The translations under genes and the position numbers were made by a program. DNA of 63,976 nt, the filler included, from Sandaracinaceae bacterium (GTDB taxonomy: Bacteria; Myxococcota_A; Polyangia; Polyangiales; JADJQN01): NCBI GenBank assembly GCA_947483975.1. It is 3 parts of 3 records of this genome, joined end to end, with 100 filler letters (N's around TTAATTAATTAA, not from the genome) between each part and the next. Parts side by side here need not be neighbours in the genome. Positions count along the whole stretch, not along the records: positions 1 to 24,132 come from CANKOL010000037.1; positions 24,233 to 48,224 come from CANKOL010000038.1; 1 more part is not named here. The stretch is one strand, 5' to 3'. Numbering within the stretch: position 1 is the stretch's first letter; every line of letters starts with the position of its first letter. The notes below the pieces were generated by a model. It saw nothing but the letters and a program-made list of their open reading frames with translations, was not told where the DNA came from and did no database searches. This document shows, one piece after another, positions 18,995 to 27,973 of the stretch.

Positions 18995-19225
18995 GTGTAC
19001 GCCGCCGTACTCCGCGAGCGCGCGCGCCTCGGGACGCACGGCGGCGGCCATGGGCGCAGCGGTCACGGGCGCCCAAAGAGCGCGAGGGTGCGCGCGCTCG
19101 TGGCCTTCGTCGCGGGGCCTGCGCAATGGCCATAGGAATCAACCCGCTCGAGTGCCGTGGTTGACAGCGGCGTCTAAGGCTGGTCAGATCGTGTTGATCT
19201 ATTCACAGCAACCTGGAAATCGTCC

Positions 19226-20323
19226 ATGCCAAGCATTTCGCACCTCCTATGCTCACGTTTGCAAACGGCTCTCAGTGTAGTTCTACTCTACGTTTGCCTC
19301 TTCTTCGGTGCGTCTGGTGCCTCCGCCCAGGTGCTCGCCTACGGGACAACATACACGTCAAGCGCCGCGAATATTGCGACAAAGTCCGGGAGCTACATCG
19401 CGTTCAGTGCACCCGCTGGCGGAGCAGCCGGGCAAGTTTTCAACACGACGATGCCGGCCGGCGCAACATACGACAAGGCGCAAATTTGGCTCACCGGGTT
19501 CCGCGCGTATTACTCGCAGTCGCTCGCCCCACTGAAGATCTATAAGGTGAAGGTGGCAGTGTCAATCGTATCGTGGAACAGTTCTACAGGTGCGTTGTCT
19601 TGGCGACTCGATGGTGAACTCGGAGATGCGGCCGGTGCTGCAACCCCGTGGAAGATGGACTTTCTCTTCCAGATCATGACGTACGCTGGCACTGCGATGA
19701 GCGTTGTCGAATCCGCGGCGCCCACCTGTAGTGCAGCCGCATCCGGCACGAGCATGCATGCCATCACCGGTGCTCAGCCTGTAGGAATGAACATCGCCGG
19801 TATTGCGCTGAAGTCGTTCAACCTGTCCTTGATGGCCCCTGGCGCGGGCATAGACATCCGGGAGATGGGGGTCAACGTAAGCACGTTCTCGCTTGTAGGC
19901 ACGACCGCGACTGTCACTCTGAATGGTGTGTTGAAGGACGATTCACCGACGGAGTTCATGCGCGCAGATGCGACCGTGGTGGCTATTGCCGGAACTTCTT
20001 CCAACACGGCAATGGTGGTCAGTGGTGACAATGTCTTCAATACAAATACGGCTTTTGCCTCCGCCGGCGCGACGAACTCGCCTGGTGGTATTGCAATTAC
20101 AGGGGCGTACGGGGGCCTTCGAAAGTGGAATGTGGCATGGTCCGCGGGAAACGCACGACCGATCTGGCGCGTGGACGGTGGCTATGCGAACATTGCGGCT
20201 AATATCCCAGCCAAGCAGTGGCTAGCGACCTGGATCGGCTTCCTCGGAGACAGTTGGGGAAGCACTACGTCGACGACGACGTTCTCGTCGACCGCTCGCA
20301 CCGTCGTTGGGTTCTTGCGATGA
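19226..20323 (+). CDS. Secreted protein with three ~100-aa internal repeats (possibly H-type-lectin-like)
   Basis: Signal peptide ending ASA-Q; repeats WLTGFRAYY..GELGD / ALKSFNLSL..GVLKD / GLRKWNVAW..GFLGD; AT-richer codons. Confidence 0.75.
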   Translation: MPSISHLLCSRLQTALSVVLLYVCLFFGASGASAQVLAYGTTYTSSAANIATKSGSYIAFSAPAGGAAGQVFNTTMPAGATYDKAQIWLTGFRAYYSQSLAPLKIYKVKVAVSIVSWNSSTGALSWRLDGELGDAAGAATPWKMDFLFQIMTYAGTAMSVVESAAPTCSAAASGTSMHAITGAQPVGMNIAGIALKSFNLSLMAPGAGIDIREMGVNVSTFSLVGTTATVTLNGVLKDDSPTEFMRADATVVAIAGTSSNTAMVVSGDNVFNTNTAFASAGATNSPGGIAITGAYGGLRKWNVAWSAGNARPIWRVDGGYANIAANIPAKQWLATWIGFLGDSWGSTTSTTTFSSTARTVVGFLR

Positions 20324-20961
20324 CCCGGAACGTCGGCCTGCTCTTGCTGTTTTTCTTCATCGCCGCTTGCGGTGATGATGCCGCTGCGCCTTGCGTGGCT
20401 GACACGGGTGTGAATCCAGTAGACGCAGGCGTCAGGGACGCCACGATCGGCGACGCGGGGCCACTCGGCAGGGGCAGTGTATTGCGCGGTGCGACGTTCG
20501 ACTACGACTGCAGTGGTAGTAGTGGTTCGATCCAGGCGCACCTGCGTTTCGACGACGTGGTACCGAGTCGTGGCATCGCCGGAGCGTTCGAAATTCGCGC
20601 CAGCGTCATTCAAGCGATCGCGATGGCATCCCCGACAAGTGGCATCGATGGGCTGCAAATCGACGTAGTGGATATTGCTTGTCTCGCGCGCTTTCGTGAG
20701 ATTTCTGGTGGTGCCCAGTACCTCGATCTGGCGTGTAATACGGGTGCGCAGCTCGGCCCCATGTTTTTACTCGACGTTCATGGGGACATCTCTGGCAGTG
20801 GCCTGTTGACGCACGAGGTCGGGCTTGCGGCTGCGTCGACTAATGGGTTGATAGCTTGCGACCCACAGGCATCCACTTCTGCGCGGGCAAGCTATTCGTT
20901 CACCTTCTCTGTCACACCAAGCTTTGCGATAGTTAACGATGTAGTGAGTCTCGGCGGTTGA
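20320..20961 (+). CDS. Hypothetical lipoprotein
   Basis: ATGA overlap with the upstream gene; MTRNVGLLLLFFFIAAC lipobox; DAG linker. Confidence 0.8.
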   Translation: MTRNVGLLLLFFFIAACGDDAAAPCVADTGVNPVDAGVRDATIGDAGPLGRGSVLRGATFDYDCSGSSGSIQAHLRFDDVVPSRGIAGAFEIRASVIQAIAMASPTSGIDGLQIDVVDIACLARFREISGGAQYLDLACNTGAQLGPMFLLDVHGDISGSGLLTHEVGLAAASTNGLIACDPQASTSARASYSFTFSVTPSFAIVNDVVSLGG

Positions 20962-20979
20962 TTCTGCGAGGAGAACTTA

Positions 20980-22755
20980 ATGTCGCTTCGAGTCTGTATG
21001 TCGGTCGCGCTCGGGCTACTCGCGCTCGGTGGTTGTGGGACGGCACCATCCGTCCTACGGGACGGTGGTCAGGACTTCGGGGATGCGGACCTTGGTGTTG
21101 ATTCTGGACTCGACACGGGCGTCGATGCAGGTCGTCCGCCGGGATGCCGTCCGCTCGACGACACGATGGCTGCGCTGGTCACGGCGCCCATCACGCCGCT
21201 GCTCGATCGATCGACTGACGTCCAACTCGCGCTTCCATCATCGTTGACGATGGAGCCGTTTGCACTGATGGCCGCCGACCCTACGACGACGGGCGCAGGG
21301 ATCGGCAGTGGCGAAGGGATCGAGCTGTTTTGGGCGGTGTTGCCGTCGGTGAGTCGCTATGCAGCCGATGAGGCCCGCGCGATGGAAGATACCCTCGGGG
21401 CTGCGGTGACGGCTCGGGCGGGCGCTCTGCGCCACATCGCGGGCGCGCAACTCGCGCCCGAGTCCGACGGCACCGTATTCGTCGTGAGTGCCGGCGCGAC
21501 GGTGTTGCTTGAGTCGGCGTCGTCGATGGCCTCGTTGCGCGATGACTGGCTCCTCGGTGTACTCGGTGGTCGAGCGCGCGCACTGTCGGGCCCGCCCGCC
21601 CGCAGTGACGCTCCGCGCGAGGAGATGGTCGCATCGACCATGGTTGCGCGACGCTCGACCGGTAGCAGCGTGCTGGTCGGCGTGCTCGCTGACCGGGTCC
21701 GCTATGACGATCGCTCTAGCTCACTCCGCGCGCTAGTTGGCTCGCTGACGGACGGCACTGTGCTGGGTCACGCGAACGAGTACCTCTCGCTCGAGTGCGA
21801 GGCATCCGAGGCGACGGGTACCATTCAGGTGGATGTGCTGTTGCGCCGCACGGGCGGGTACGGGCCCTTCACGAGTGATCTCCCGTGGGTCGCCTTCGAG
21901 GACCGACTCGATGACTTCGAAGGAGCGCTCTTCGATTCTCTCGTGTCCAGCGGTTACGACGCGCGCATCGCGATCGCTGACGATCCCCTCACGAGCGAAG
22001 CGACCATCGCTCCGACATGCCCGCTCCCCGGTTTCATGCCTGTCGATGACCCGAGCGCACGCGATGCGTACGTGCGTTGTCTTCGTGATGGATACGCCGA
22101 GTATCCACTGTTCGCGGCGACGAAGGCAGTGGCAGGAGCACTGCCGCGTTCTGATACGGATATGACGAAGTTTCGATCGGGAGCGACCGCCGCATTGGTG
22201 CTTCTCTCTACTGCCTCACACACGTATGAGTACGCCGATCTCATCTTCGGTGTCGGCAGGTTCAGCCGGACAACGGGAGTCAGCCCCTCGGGAGCACGGT
22301 TGCTCGACATCGCGATGTCACCATACATCAACACCTTTCTCGAGCAGGGCATCACCGTCGAGACCATTGGCCCATTCGGGGAGCCACATCCTCCGTGCTA
22401 TTCCTGGATGCGACAGCGTGACACGGGTCGGCTACTCGGATACTTCGATGTCGCGCTGAGTACGGGAGGGCAAGTGCACGATCTTTGTTACGAGGCGCCG
22501 CGCATCGCCACGGACGCCATGGTCGCGGCGCTCGGCTCCCGCGCACGGCCATATTCACTCAATCACCGCCCGATCAGCGCCAGCTTGACTGTCGGCAGCA
22601 GCACCCGAGTCTACGCGCCACGTCCCGTCGACGGCTTCGAGTACACCGGCGTCGCGAGGAACGCCGTGACCGTGTACGGTGAGACGGTCGCGCCAGGCGC
22701 CACTGCCAAGATCGGCGTGGCGTATCTACGCTGGAATGACACGGTGCCAGAGTAG
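20980..22755 (+). CDS. Lipoprotein with degenerate vWA-like domain, resembling the C-terminal half of gliding protein CglD
   Basis: GAGGAG RBS; LALGGC lipobox; C-terminal PYSLNHRPISASLTVG..PR..DGFEY..VAYLRW. Confidence 0.6.
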   Translation: MSLRVCMSVALGLLALGGCGTAPSVLRDGGQDFGDADLGVDSGLDTGVDAGRPPGCRPLDDTMAALVTAPITPLLDRSTDVQLALPSSLTMEPFALMAADPTTTGAGIGSGEGIELFWAVLPSVSRYAADEARAMEDTLGAAVTARAGALRHIAGAQLAPESDGTVFVVSAGATVLLESASSMASLRDDWLLGVLGGRARALSGPPARSDAPREEMVASTMVARRSTGSSVLVGVLADRVRYDDRSSSLRALVGSLTDGTVLGHANEYLSLECEASEATGTIQVDVLLRRTGGYGPFTSDLPWVAFEDRLDDFEGALFDSLVSSGYDARIAIADDPLTSEATIAPTCPLPGFMPVDDPSARDAYVRCLRDGYAEYPLFAATKAVAGALPRSDTDMTKFRSGATAALVLLSTASHTYEYADLIFGVGRFSRTTGVSPSGARLLDIAMSPYINTFLEQGITVETIGPFGEPHPPCYSWMRQRDTGRLLGYFDVALSTGGQVHDLCYEAPRIATDAMVAALGSRARPYSLNHRPISASLTVGSSTRVYAPRPVDGFEYTGVARNAVTVYGETVAPGATAKIGVAYLRWNDTVPE

Positions 22756-22789
22756 ATCGGTGGTCAGCGTCGAGCGATGGTGATCTCGA

Positions 22790-22927
22790 TGGAGGTGACC
22801 GTCCGGATCCGCGCCCAATCGATCGCGCCCCGCGGCCGTCGTCGGAGGGCACTTCCGCGCAATCTCGCGAAGTTGACCCCAACACACGAGAGATCGCAGT
22901 TCTGCGGGTCGGCAAGATCGCTTCCAC
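22790..22927 (+). repeat. ~138-bp direct repeat copy 2
   Basis: Aligns with 12669-12806. Confidence 0.9.
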
Positions 22928-23004
22928 TGCTCATGGCGCTCCAGCGTGGAGGACGCGTCCGTGAGGTCGATTTCATCTGCCCATGCCTGCCGCTGCCTCT
23001 CGCG

Positions 23005-23332
23005 CGATGTGCTCGAGCGCGCCGATTGCCTCCGACTCACCCGGCGCGAACGGGCGCACCGTCGCGTTTGCCTCCCGGCGCCTGTCGCACGATGTGCTCC
23101 ACCGCGCTGTTTGCCTGCGACTCACCCGGCGTGAACGCGCGCACCGTCGCGTTTGCCTGCGCCAGCCTCGCGCACGATGTGCTCCACCGCTCCGTCTGCC
23201 TCCGACTCACCCGGCGCGAACGCGCGCACCGTCGCGTTTGCCTCCCGCGGCCTCGCGCATGATGTGCTCCACCGCGCCGTTTGCCTCCGACGCACCCGTG
23301 GTCGAACGCGCGCACCGTCGCGTTTGCCTCCC
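23005..23332. repeat. Tandem repeat, 85-bp unit, ~3.9 copies
   Basis: Units start 23005, 23090, 23175, 23260 (YGATGTGCTC...GCACCGTCGCGTTTGCCT). Confidence 0.92.
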
Positions 23333-23775
23333 GATGCCTCGCGGGTGGTGCGTCGTATCGTCCGGAGGCAGCCCGGGTCATTTCGCGCGCCGGCGCGGCA
23401 CCTTCGCCGATGCCTCCGGGAGTGCCCGCCACGATGCCGCGCACCACCCCGGGGGCAGCCGCGGTCACTCGCCGAGGTCGCCGTGACCGTCGGCCCGGGG
23501 GGTCGCCGTCACACCCGTGCGATGCCGGCGACCACCCGACAGGCAGCGCCAGGCACTCGGCGCCGATCGCGCCCTTCGTCGCGAGGCGGTCGCTGGCAAA
23601 CGTCGAGATCGCGGCCTTCGTCGCGAGGCAGGCGCAGGCAAATCCGATGGTCGGCGCCGTCGTCTGGAGGCAGCGGCAGGCGGTCGGCGGCGAGCCCGCA
23701 GCTCGGCGCGAGGCAGTCCACGCGCCTAGCGAGCGCGTGCCCGACCACCGCCGCGCACCGAGTCCCTTGCAAATC

Positions 23776-23903
23776 GCCTCCATCAGCGCAGGTCGGGGGA
23801 CGAGCGGAGCACCCGTGCGCTCGACGAGCGACACCCGCTCATCCCGCTCGAGCTCATCGCGCAGCACCTCGCGAGTGGAGGCGCCACGTGTGGCGAGCAC
23901 GTC
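23776..23903 (+). repeat. Dispersed ~128-bp repeat (also 33221-33349; partial inverted copy 30914-30953)
   Basis: Shared GCCTCCATCAGCG...GCACCCGTGCGCTCGACG...CGCGAGTGGAGGCGCCACG.GTGGCGAGCACGTC. Confidence 0.85.
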
Positions 23904-23965
23904 CCCCGACCGGCGCGGTCACCTGGGACTCCAGGAGCGCCTCGCGCCCGTCACCGAGCCGCGAG

Positions 23966-24003
23966 GAGCAGCGCTTGCTCGTGATCCGCCCGGCGCCGAC
24001 GCG
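23966..24003 (+). repeat. 38-bp direct repeat copy 2 (displaced dehydrogenase 3' end; attR-like)
   Basis: Encodes the same EQRLLVIRPAPTR and is followed by an in-frame TGA. Confidence 0.9.
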
Positions 24004-24132
24004 CTGAACGACTGCTCAGCCCGGCGGGTCTTCGTCCTCGATGATCGGCGGCATATCGCGCAGCGAGCCGACGACGCCGTGGCAGCTGCGGAGCGACTGG
24101 TCCGTGCGCGCGCAGCCCGGGCAGATGCTCAG

Positions 24133-24232
24133 NNNNNNNNNNNNNNNNNNNNNNNNNNNNNNNNNNNNNNNNNNNNTTAATTAATTAANNNNNNNNNNNN
24201 NNNNNNNNNNNNNNNNNNNNNNNNNNNNNNNN
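24133..24232. other. Artificial contig linker / assembly gap
   Basis: N runs around TTAATTAATTAA. Confidence 0.98.
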
Positions 24233-24380
24233 CACGTACGCTTCCAGCCGACGGCTCGCGTCGGCGTCCTTCCAGGTCTGCATGCCGAACGTAGATCACA
24301 CCTCGCGTGTGAAAGAGAAATTTCTCGCAGACGATTCCTGGATTCACGAGCAAATTCAGGCGGTAGCTGTCGCAGTAGTG
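24233..24380 (-). mobile_element. Left end of a probable IS701-family element; transposase starts at 24283 and runs into the gap
   Basis: End CACTACTGCGACAG resembles IS701 termini; ORF MQTWKDADASRRLEAYV; AT-richer than the interrupted gene. Confidence 0.6.
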
Positions 24381-26099
24381 GTAGGTGCGGACATATGCGG
24401 GGAGGTCCGCGCAATCCGGCTGCAGGTTGAGCCCGCCTTCGGACGGTGGGAGGTCCTCTCCCGCGCCACGATGATTCCAGAGGAAGTTGCGGATCCGGTC
24501 GGCCGTCGCGAGGCTCAGCGTCACCCACACTCTGCCTTCGAGTCCTCCAAAGACCGTCGTCACCCACGCGGAGAACAAGGCCTCCATACCCGGCGTCCAG
24601 ACGCGGACCGGGAGAGTGGGTGCGTCACCCGGCCCGACCCAAAACGGCTGCTCGGCGAGGGGGGCAGCCCCTCGTGTCAAACGTGCCAGCCAGCGTCCCG
24701 GCGAGGGCGCGGTCCAGTCTGCGGCGTAGAGAAAGGGCCCAAGGCCGCTTCCCCCGATGCGGGATAGCGCGGGTCCAGCGACGCTGTGTCCCGCACGGTC
24801 AGTGAATCCAACCGCGATGCCGTCGAGCGCCTCCCACGAGGCCACTCGGACTCTCATGGGGGCAGCGGGTTCCCGCTGCACATACGGACTCACCACCATG
24901 CCGACTCTCTCGGCGGTGCGATTGCGGGCTGAAGGGCCCAGCGCGCGGGGCGGTGAAGGAGGCGGATGCCTGAGCGCAGGAGGCGGAGGCCTGAGCACGG
25001 GAGACCGATGCCTGAGCGCAGGAGGCGTCCCCTCTGCTGCGAGTTCGGCGCGCAGCGCTGCGTTTTCCTCAGTGGGCGCGGAGTGCGCGAGGCTGCGTCG
25101 GCGCTCGCTCAAGGCGGCATGCGTCAGCCGCGCGATGCGCGTGCGGAGTCGCTCGAGGACGCGTCGAAGCGCTTGAGTGTCTGAGTCCGCAGGCGAGCCG
25201 ACGAGCAGCGCGGAAGTCCGCAGGATTTCGCGCCGCGCCTCGCGGATGGTGGCCCACGGAGGCGCGCCGACTGGGACGTCCGCGAGGCTGTCAGCCAAGG
25301 ACGGCGGGAGCGTACCCAGCAGCGCCGTGAGGCTGGCGAGGTCCTCCACTGAGGGCCATCGGCTCGGGGGCCCGTCGCGGAGGAACGTCCGCACCAGCGC
25401 GTGCCCGCCGGGCGTGGCCGCGAGCGTCGCAGCGGTGAAGCCCCGCTTCCGCAGGCCCGCGCGCACCCACGCTTCGAAACGACGCAGCTCCGGTAGGGTC
25501 AGCATCTCCTCCACGCGCGTGAGGAGCGCGCTGACGTCGCGGTGGGCGGCGTCGCGCCGCAGCGCCGCGCACGTGGTCGCGAGCGGCGCGTCGTCGAGGA
25601 GTCGAGTGAGGCTCTCGCAGACGCCGACGAGGGTTTGTGGGCGCTCCAAGTCCTCGCGCTGCAGCCAGTCGCGCGTCTCTTGTCGAAGGGCCTCCTCGAC
25701 GAGCGCGGCCACGCGTCGTCGCGCGAGCGCGCTATCGGATGCGAAGCAACCGCCGAGCGACGTCCCGCAGCGCCCGGCGAGGCGGCTCTGGAGCCCTCCC
25801 CAATTCCTCGCGGCGATGAGCCCATCGAGACCGTGAAGGTCGAGCGCAGCGTCCGAGGGACCGGGCGAGTCGTGCGCGCTCGCCTCGCGCGGCTGCTGGG
25901 CCCGCGCCGTGCCGTGGAAGGGCGCAGCGACCACGAGACTCACGCCGAGCAACAGCGGCGCCGTGAACAGTCGGCCTACGAGGGGACGCGTTGGCAGTCG
26001 TCCGCGGTTTCTTCGAAAATGCGCGGCGTCGGGCGCGCGCGGCGCATGCCTTCCCAACGCCTGCGTCTTGTGGTGCGGCACTCGGCAGGCGCGTATCAC
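24381..26099 (-). pseudogene. Large secreted hypothetical protein interrupted by the IS (start uncertain)
   Basis: Hydrophobic signal-like segment LLLGVSLVVAAP; LQPDCADLPAYVRTY motif cut at the IS end. Confidence 0.55.
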
Positions 26100-26210
26100 G
26101 CTTTCGGCCGTTTCGGGGATTGTCCTAGAAGGCCGGATCGTCGCGGCCCGGCAGCGGCGCCCGTAGTTGCTGCAAGCGACCCCTCGCGCAGGGCCGTCAG
26201 CGCCCGCGCG

Positions 26211-26279
26211 TGGGCTGCTGCGGCTCGCGTTCGGGTGAGGTCGACGAGCTGAGCGGCTGCGCAGAGCGCGGCCTGGGAG
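26211..26279 (+). mobile_element. Short IS91-family relic (copy D: last codons plus 3' flank)
   Basis: LLRLAFG* followed by TCGACGAGCTGAGCGGCTGCGCAGAGCGCGGCC as in copies A, B, C. Confidence 0.75.
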
Positions 26280-26312
26280 CGGTCACCCCAACGCCGGGAA
26301 GTTCGCGCAGCG

Positions 26313-27905
26313 CTACGGGCCGCCGAGCTGCCACTGCCCCATCAGCTGCTCGTTCGCGCACGCCGCGCTGAGCTGCCCCTCCGAGCATGCGGAGCCGTAG
26401 AGTCGGCGTATCTCGGGGAGGTCGGCGGTCGGATCCGCCGCGCCGCGCAGGCGTGTCGCGCGGCGCTCGCAGCTCATCCAGTCGGAGCGCTCGCACGCGG
26501 TCTTCTCGAGCTGCACGGCGCGGTCGTGTCGCGCGGGTGTGCCGAGCGCGAACCATCGCTCGGCGAGCTGGCCGCACGCCTGCGCGCTGCCCGCCGTGCA
26601 CGCGCGGTCGTAGGCGGCGTCGGCGTCGGCGGTGGACGCGCCGTCGCGGTCGAGCGCCCGCGCGAAGGCGAGACACGCCTCCGGTGCGGCTGAGTCATCG
26701 GGGGACGAGCAGCGCTGTGCGAGCGCGGTGCGCTCCTCGGAGGGCAGCAGCTCGCCGTCCCACCGCCGGCGCGGCGGTCGAGCGGGCTCGAGCCGCGCAC
26801 CCTGGAGCTCGGATACACGGACGTCGTAGAGCGCCGCGGCGGCCGCGGGGATCGTGTAGACGAAGAGCCCGGAGGCGGGGCAACTACGGTCGAGCCAGAG
26901 GCCGTCGCTCTCCGTGAGCGCCGTCCGCTCGAGGGACGGAATCGCGACGCGCGTCACGGCGGCGTCGGGGCTTGCGTCGGCGATGCGTGCGAAGGTCAGC
27001 GCGACGTGCGGCGGGCCGAGCGCGTCGAAGTCCACCGCGACGAGCACGCGCTCCCAGCCGTCGCCCACTCGCAGCAGCGCTGGCGACTCGGCGCCGGACG
27101 CCTCCGGGAGCGCGACGGGCTGCGCGAGCCACGGCGGGACGACCGCGAAATACGGCGCGATCGCCGGCGTCGCGTCTCGCGTCATGAGCGCGCGCTCGGC
27201 CGCCAGGAACGTCGCACGCTCGGGCGGCAAGAGCGCCACCGAGCGCTCGTCGACGCGTAGCGGAGGCGACCTCTCCGTCGCGCCGAGCTGCAGGCTCTCC
27301 TCGGCTGCGCGGGCCTTCGCCTCGAGCGCGGCTCGCGCGTCTGCGGCCTCCGCGCGCGCGAACGCGTCGCGGAACGAGGCGTCGATCAGCGTGTTGCGCG
27401 TCAGGGCGCGCTCGTCCAGCGTCGGACCGCGCGGGCCGGCGGCGAGCGCCCAGTGCACCTCGGGCACGAACGCGTCGTGCTCGTTGGGCGCGAGGCGCAG
27501 CGTCGCGTGCACGTCCGCGGCGCCGCGCGAGCACCACTGCACCTGCTCGACGTGGAGGAACGCCGTGCCGTAGCCCGGGCGCGCGAGCGGCGCGCCGAAG
27601 CTGTCCTCGAGCTGAAAATCGCCGAGGGCGGCGAGCCCAGTCACGCCGACGATCAACGCGACGCACTGGTTCGCCTCGACCGCGAAGTCGAGGGCCCAGG
27701 CGCGGTCGTGCGTCGCCTCCACCCCGTGCCGCAGCGGGCGCATCCCGAGGCGCGACGCCTCGAGCGTCTCTTGGGCCATGCTGCCGTCGAGGTCGGCGGC
27801 CAGCACGGGCCTGCCGTAGTCCGGGCGCGCGGCGTTGGTCACGATGGCGCCGAACGTGAGCGCCACCGTCGCCGCGACGAGAGGAACGACGAGTCGCCGG
27901 TTCAC
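26313..27905 (-). CDS. Exported protein with C-terminal Cys-containing Sel1-like repeats
   Basis: GTG start then hydrophobic signal; AYDRACTAGSAQACGQLA, LYGSACSEGQLSAAC. Confidence 0.7.
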   Translation of the reverse strand: MNRRLVVPLVAATVALTFGAIVTNAARPDYGRPVLAADLDGSMAQETLEASRLGMRPLRHGVEATHDRAWALDFAVEANQCVALIVGVTGLAALGDFQLEDSFGAPLARPGYGTAFLHVEQVQWCSRGAADVHATLRLAPNEHDAFVPEVHWALAAGPRGPTLDERALTRNTLIDASFRDAFARAEAADARAALEAKARAAEESLQLGATERSPPLRVDERSVALLPPERATFLAAERALMTRDATPAIAPYFAVVPPWLAQPVALPEASGAESPALLRVGDGWERVLVAVDFDALGPPHVALTFARIADASPDAAVTRVAIPSLERTALTESDGLWLDRSCPASGLFVYTIPAAAAALYDVRVSELQGARLEPARPPRRRWDGELLPSEERTALAQRCSSPDDSAAPEACLAFARALDRDGASTADADAAYDRACTAGSAQACGQLAERWFALGTPARHDRAVQLEKTACERSDWMSCERRATRLRGAADPTADLPEIRRLYGSACSEGQLSAACANEQLMGQWQLGGP

Positions 27906-27973
27906 GCGACGGACGTTCGCACGCGAGCGCAGGCGCCGTCCACGGCGGCGGGCGTTCGGGCTACCATCGCGGC

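Larger units (their letters stand above)
15991..19030 (-). mobile_element. IS91-family transposase relic (copy B) with oriIS-like end, split by a group II intron
   Basis: AEYGG..VHAEVAIDGRDRERLEHVLRYMARPPLALDRL (18802-19030) continues as GQVVYRFKKAWRDGTH...GQLRLAFQ* (16218-16727); end GGGCGTTCGGAAGTCTTACGCGC. Confidence 0.9.

Noticed and set aside
23005..23332. CRISPR array linked to the cas1 remnant
   Set aside because: The whole 85-bp unit is repeated, with no repeat-spacer alternation.
11357..23965. Integron cassette array
   Set aside because: No integron integrase and no recurring RYYYAAC...GTTRRRY attC sites were found by eye.
24133..24232. TTAATTAATTAA as a biological AT-rich site (also 48225-48324)
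   Set aside because: Identical N-padded six-frame-stop linker at both gaps; an assembly artefact.
24960..25027. 21-bp repeats as a regulatory array
   Set aside because: They are in-frame coding repeats (PPALRH) in a Pro-rich linker.
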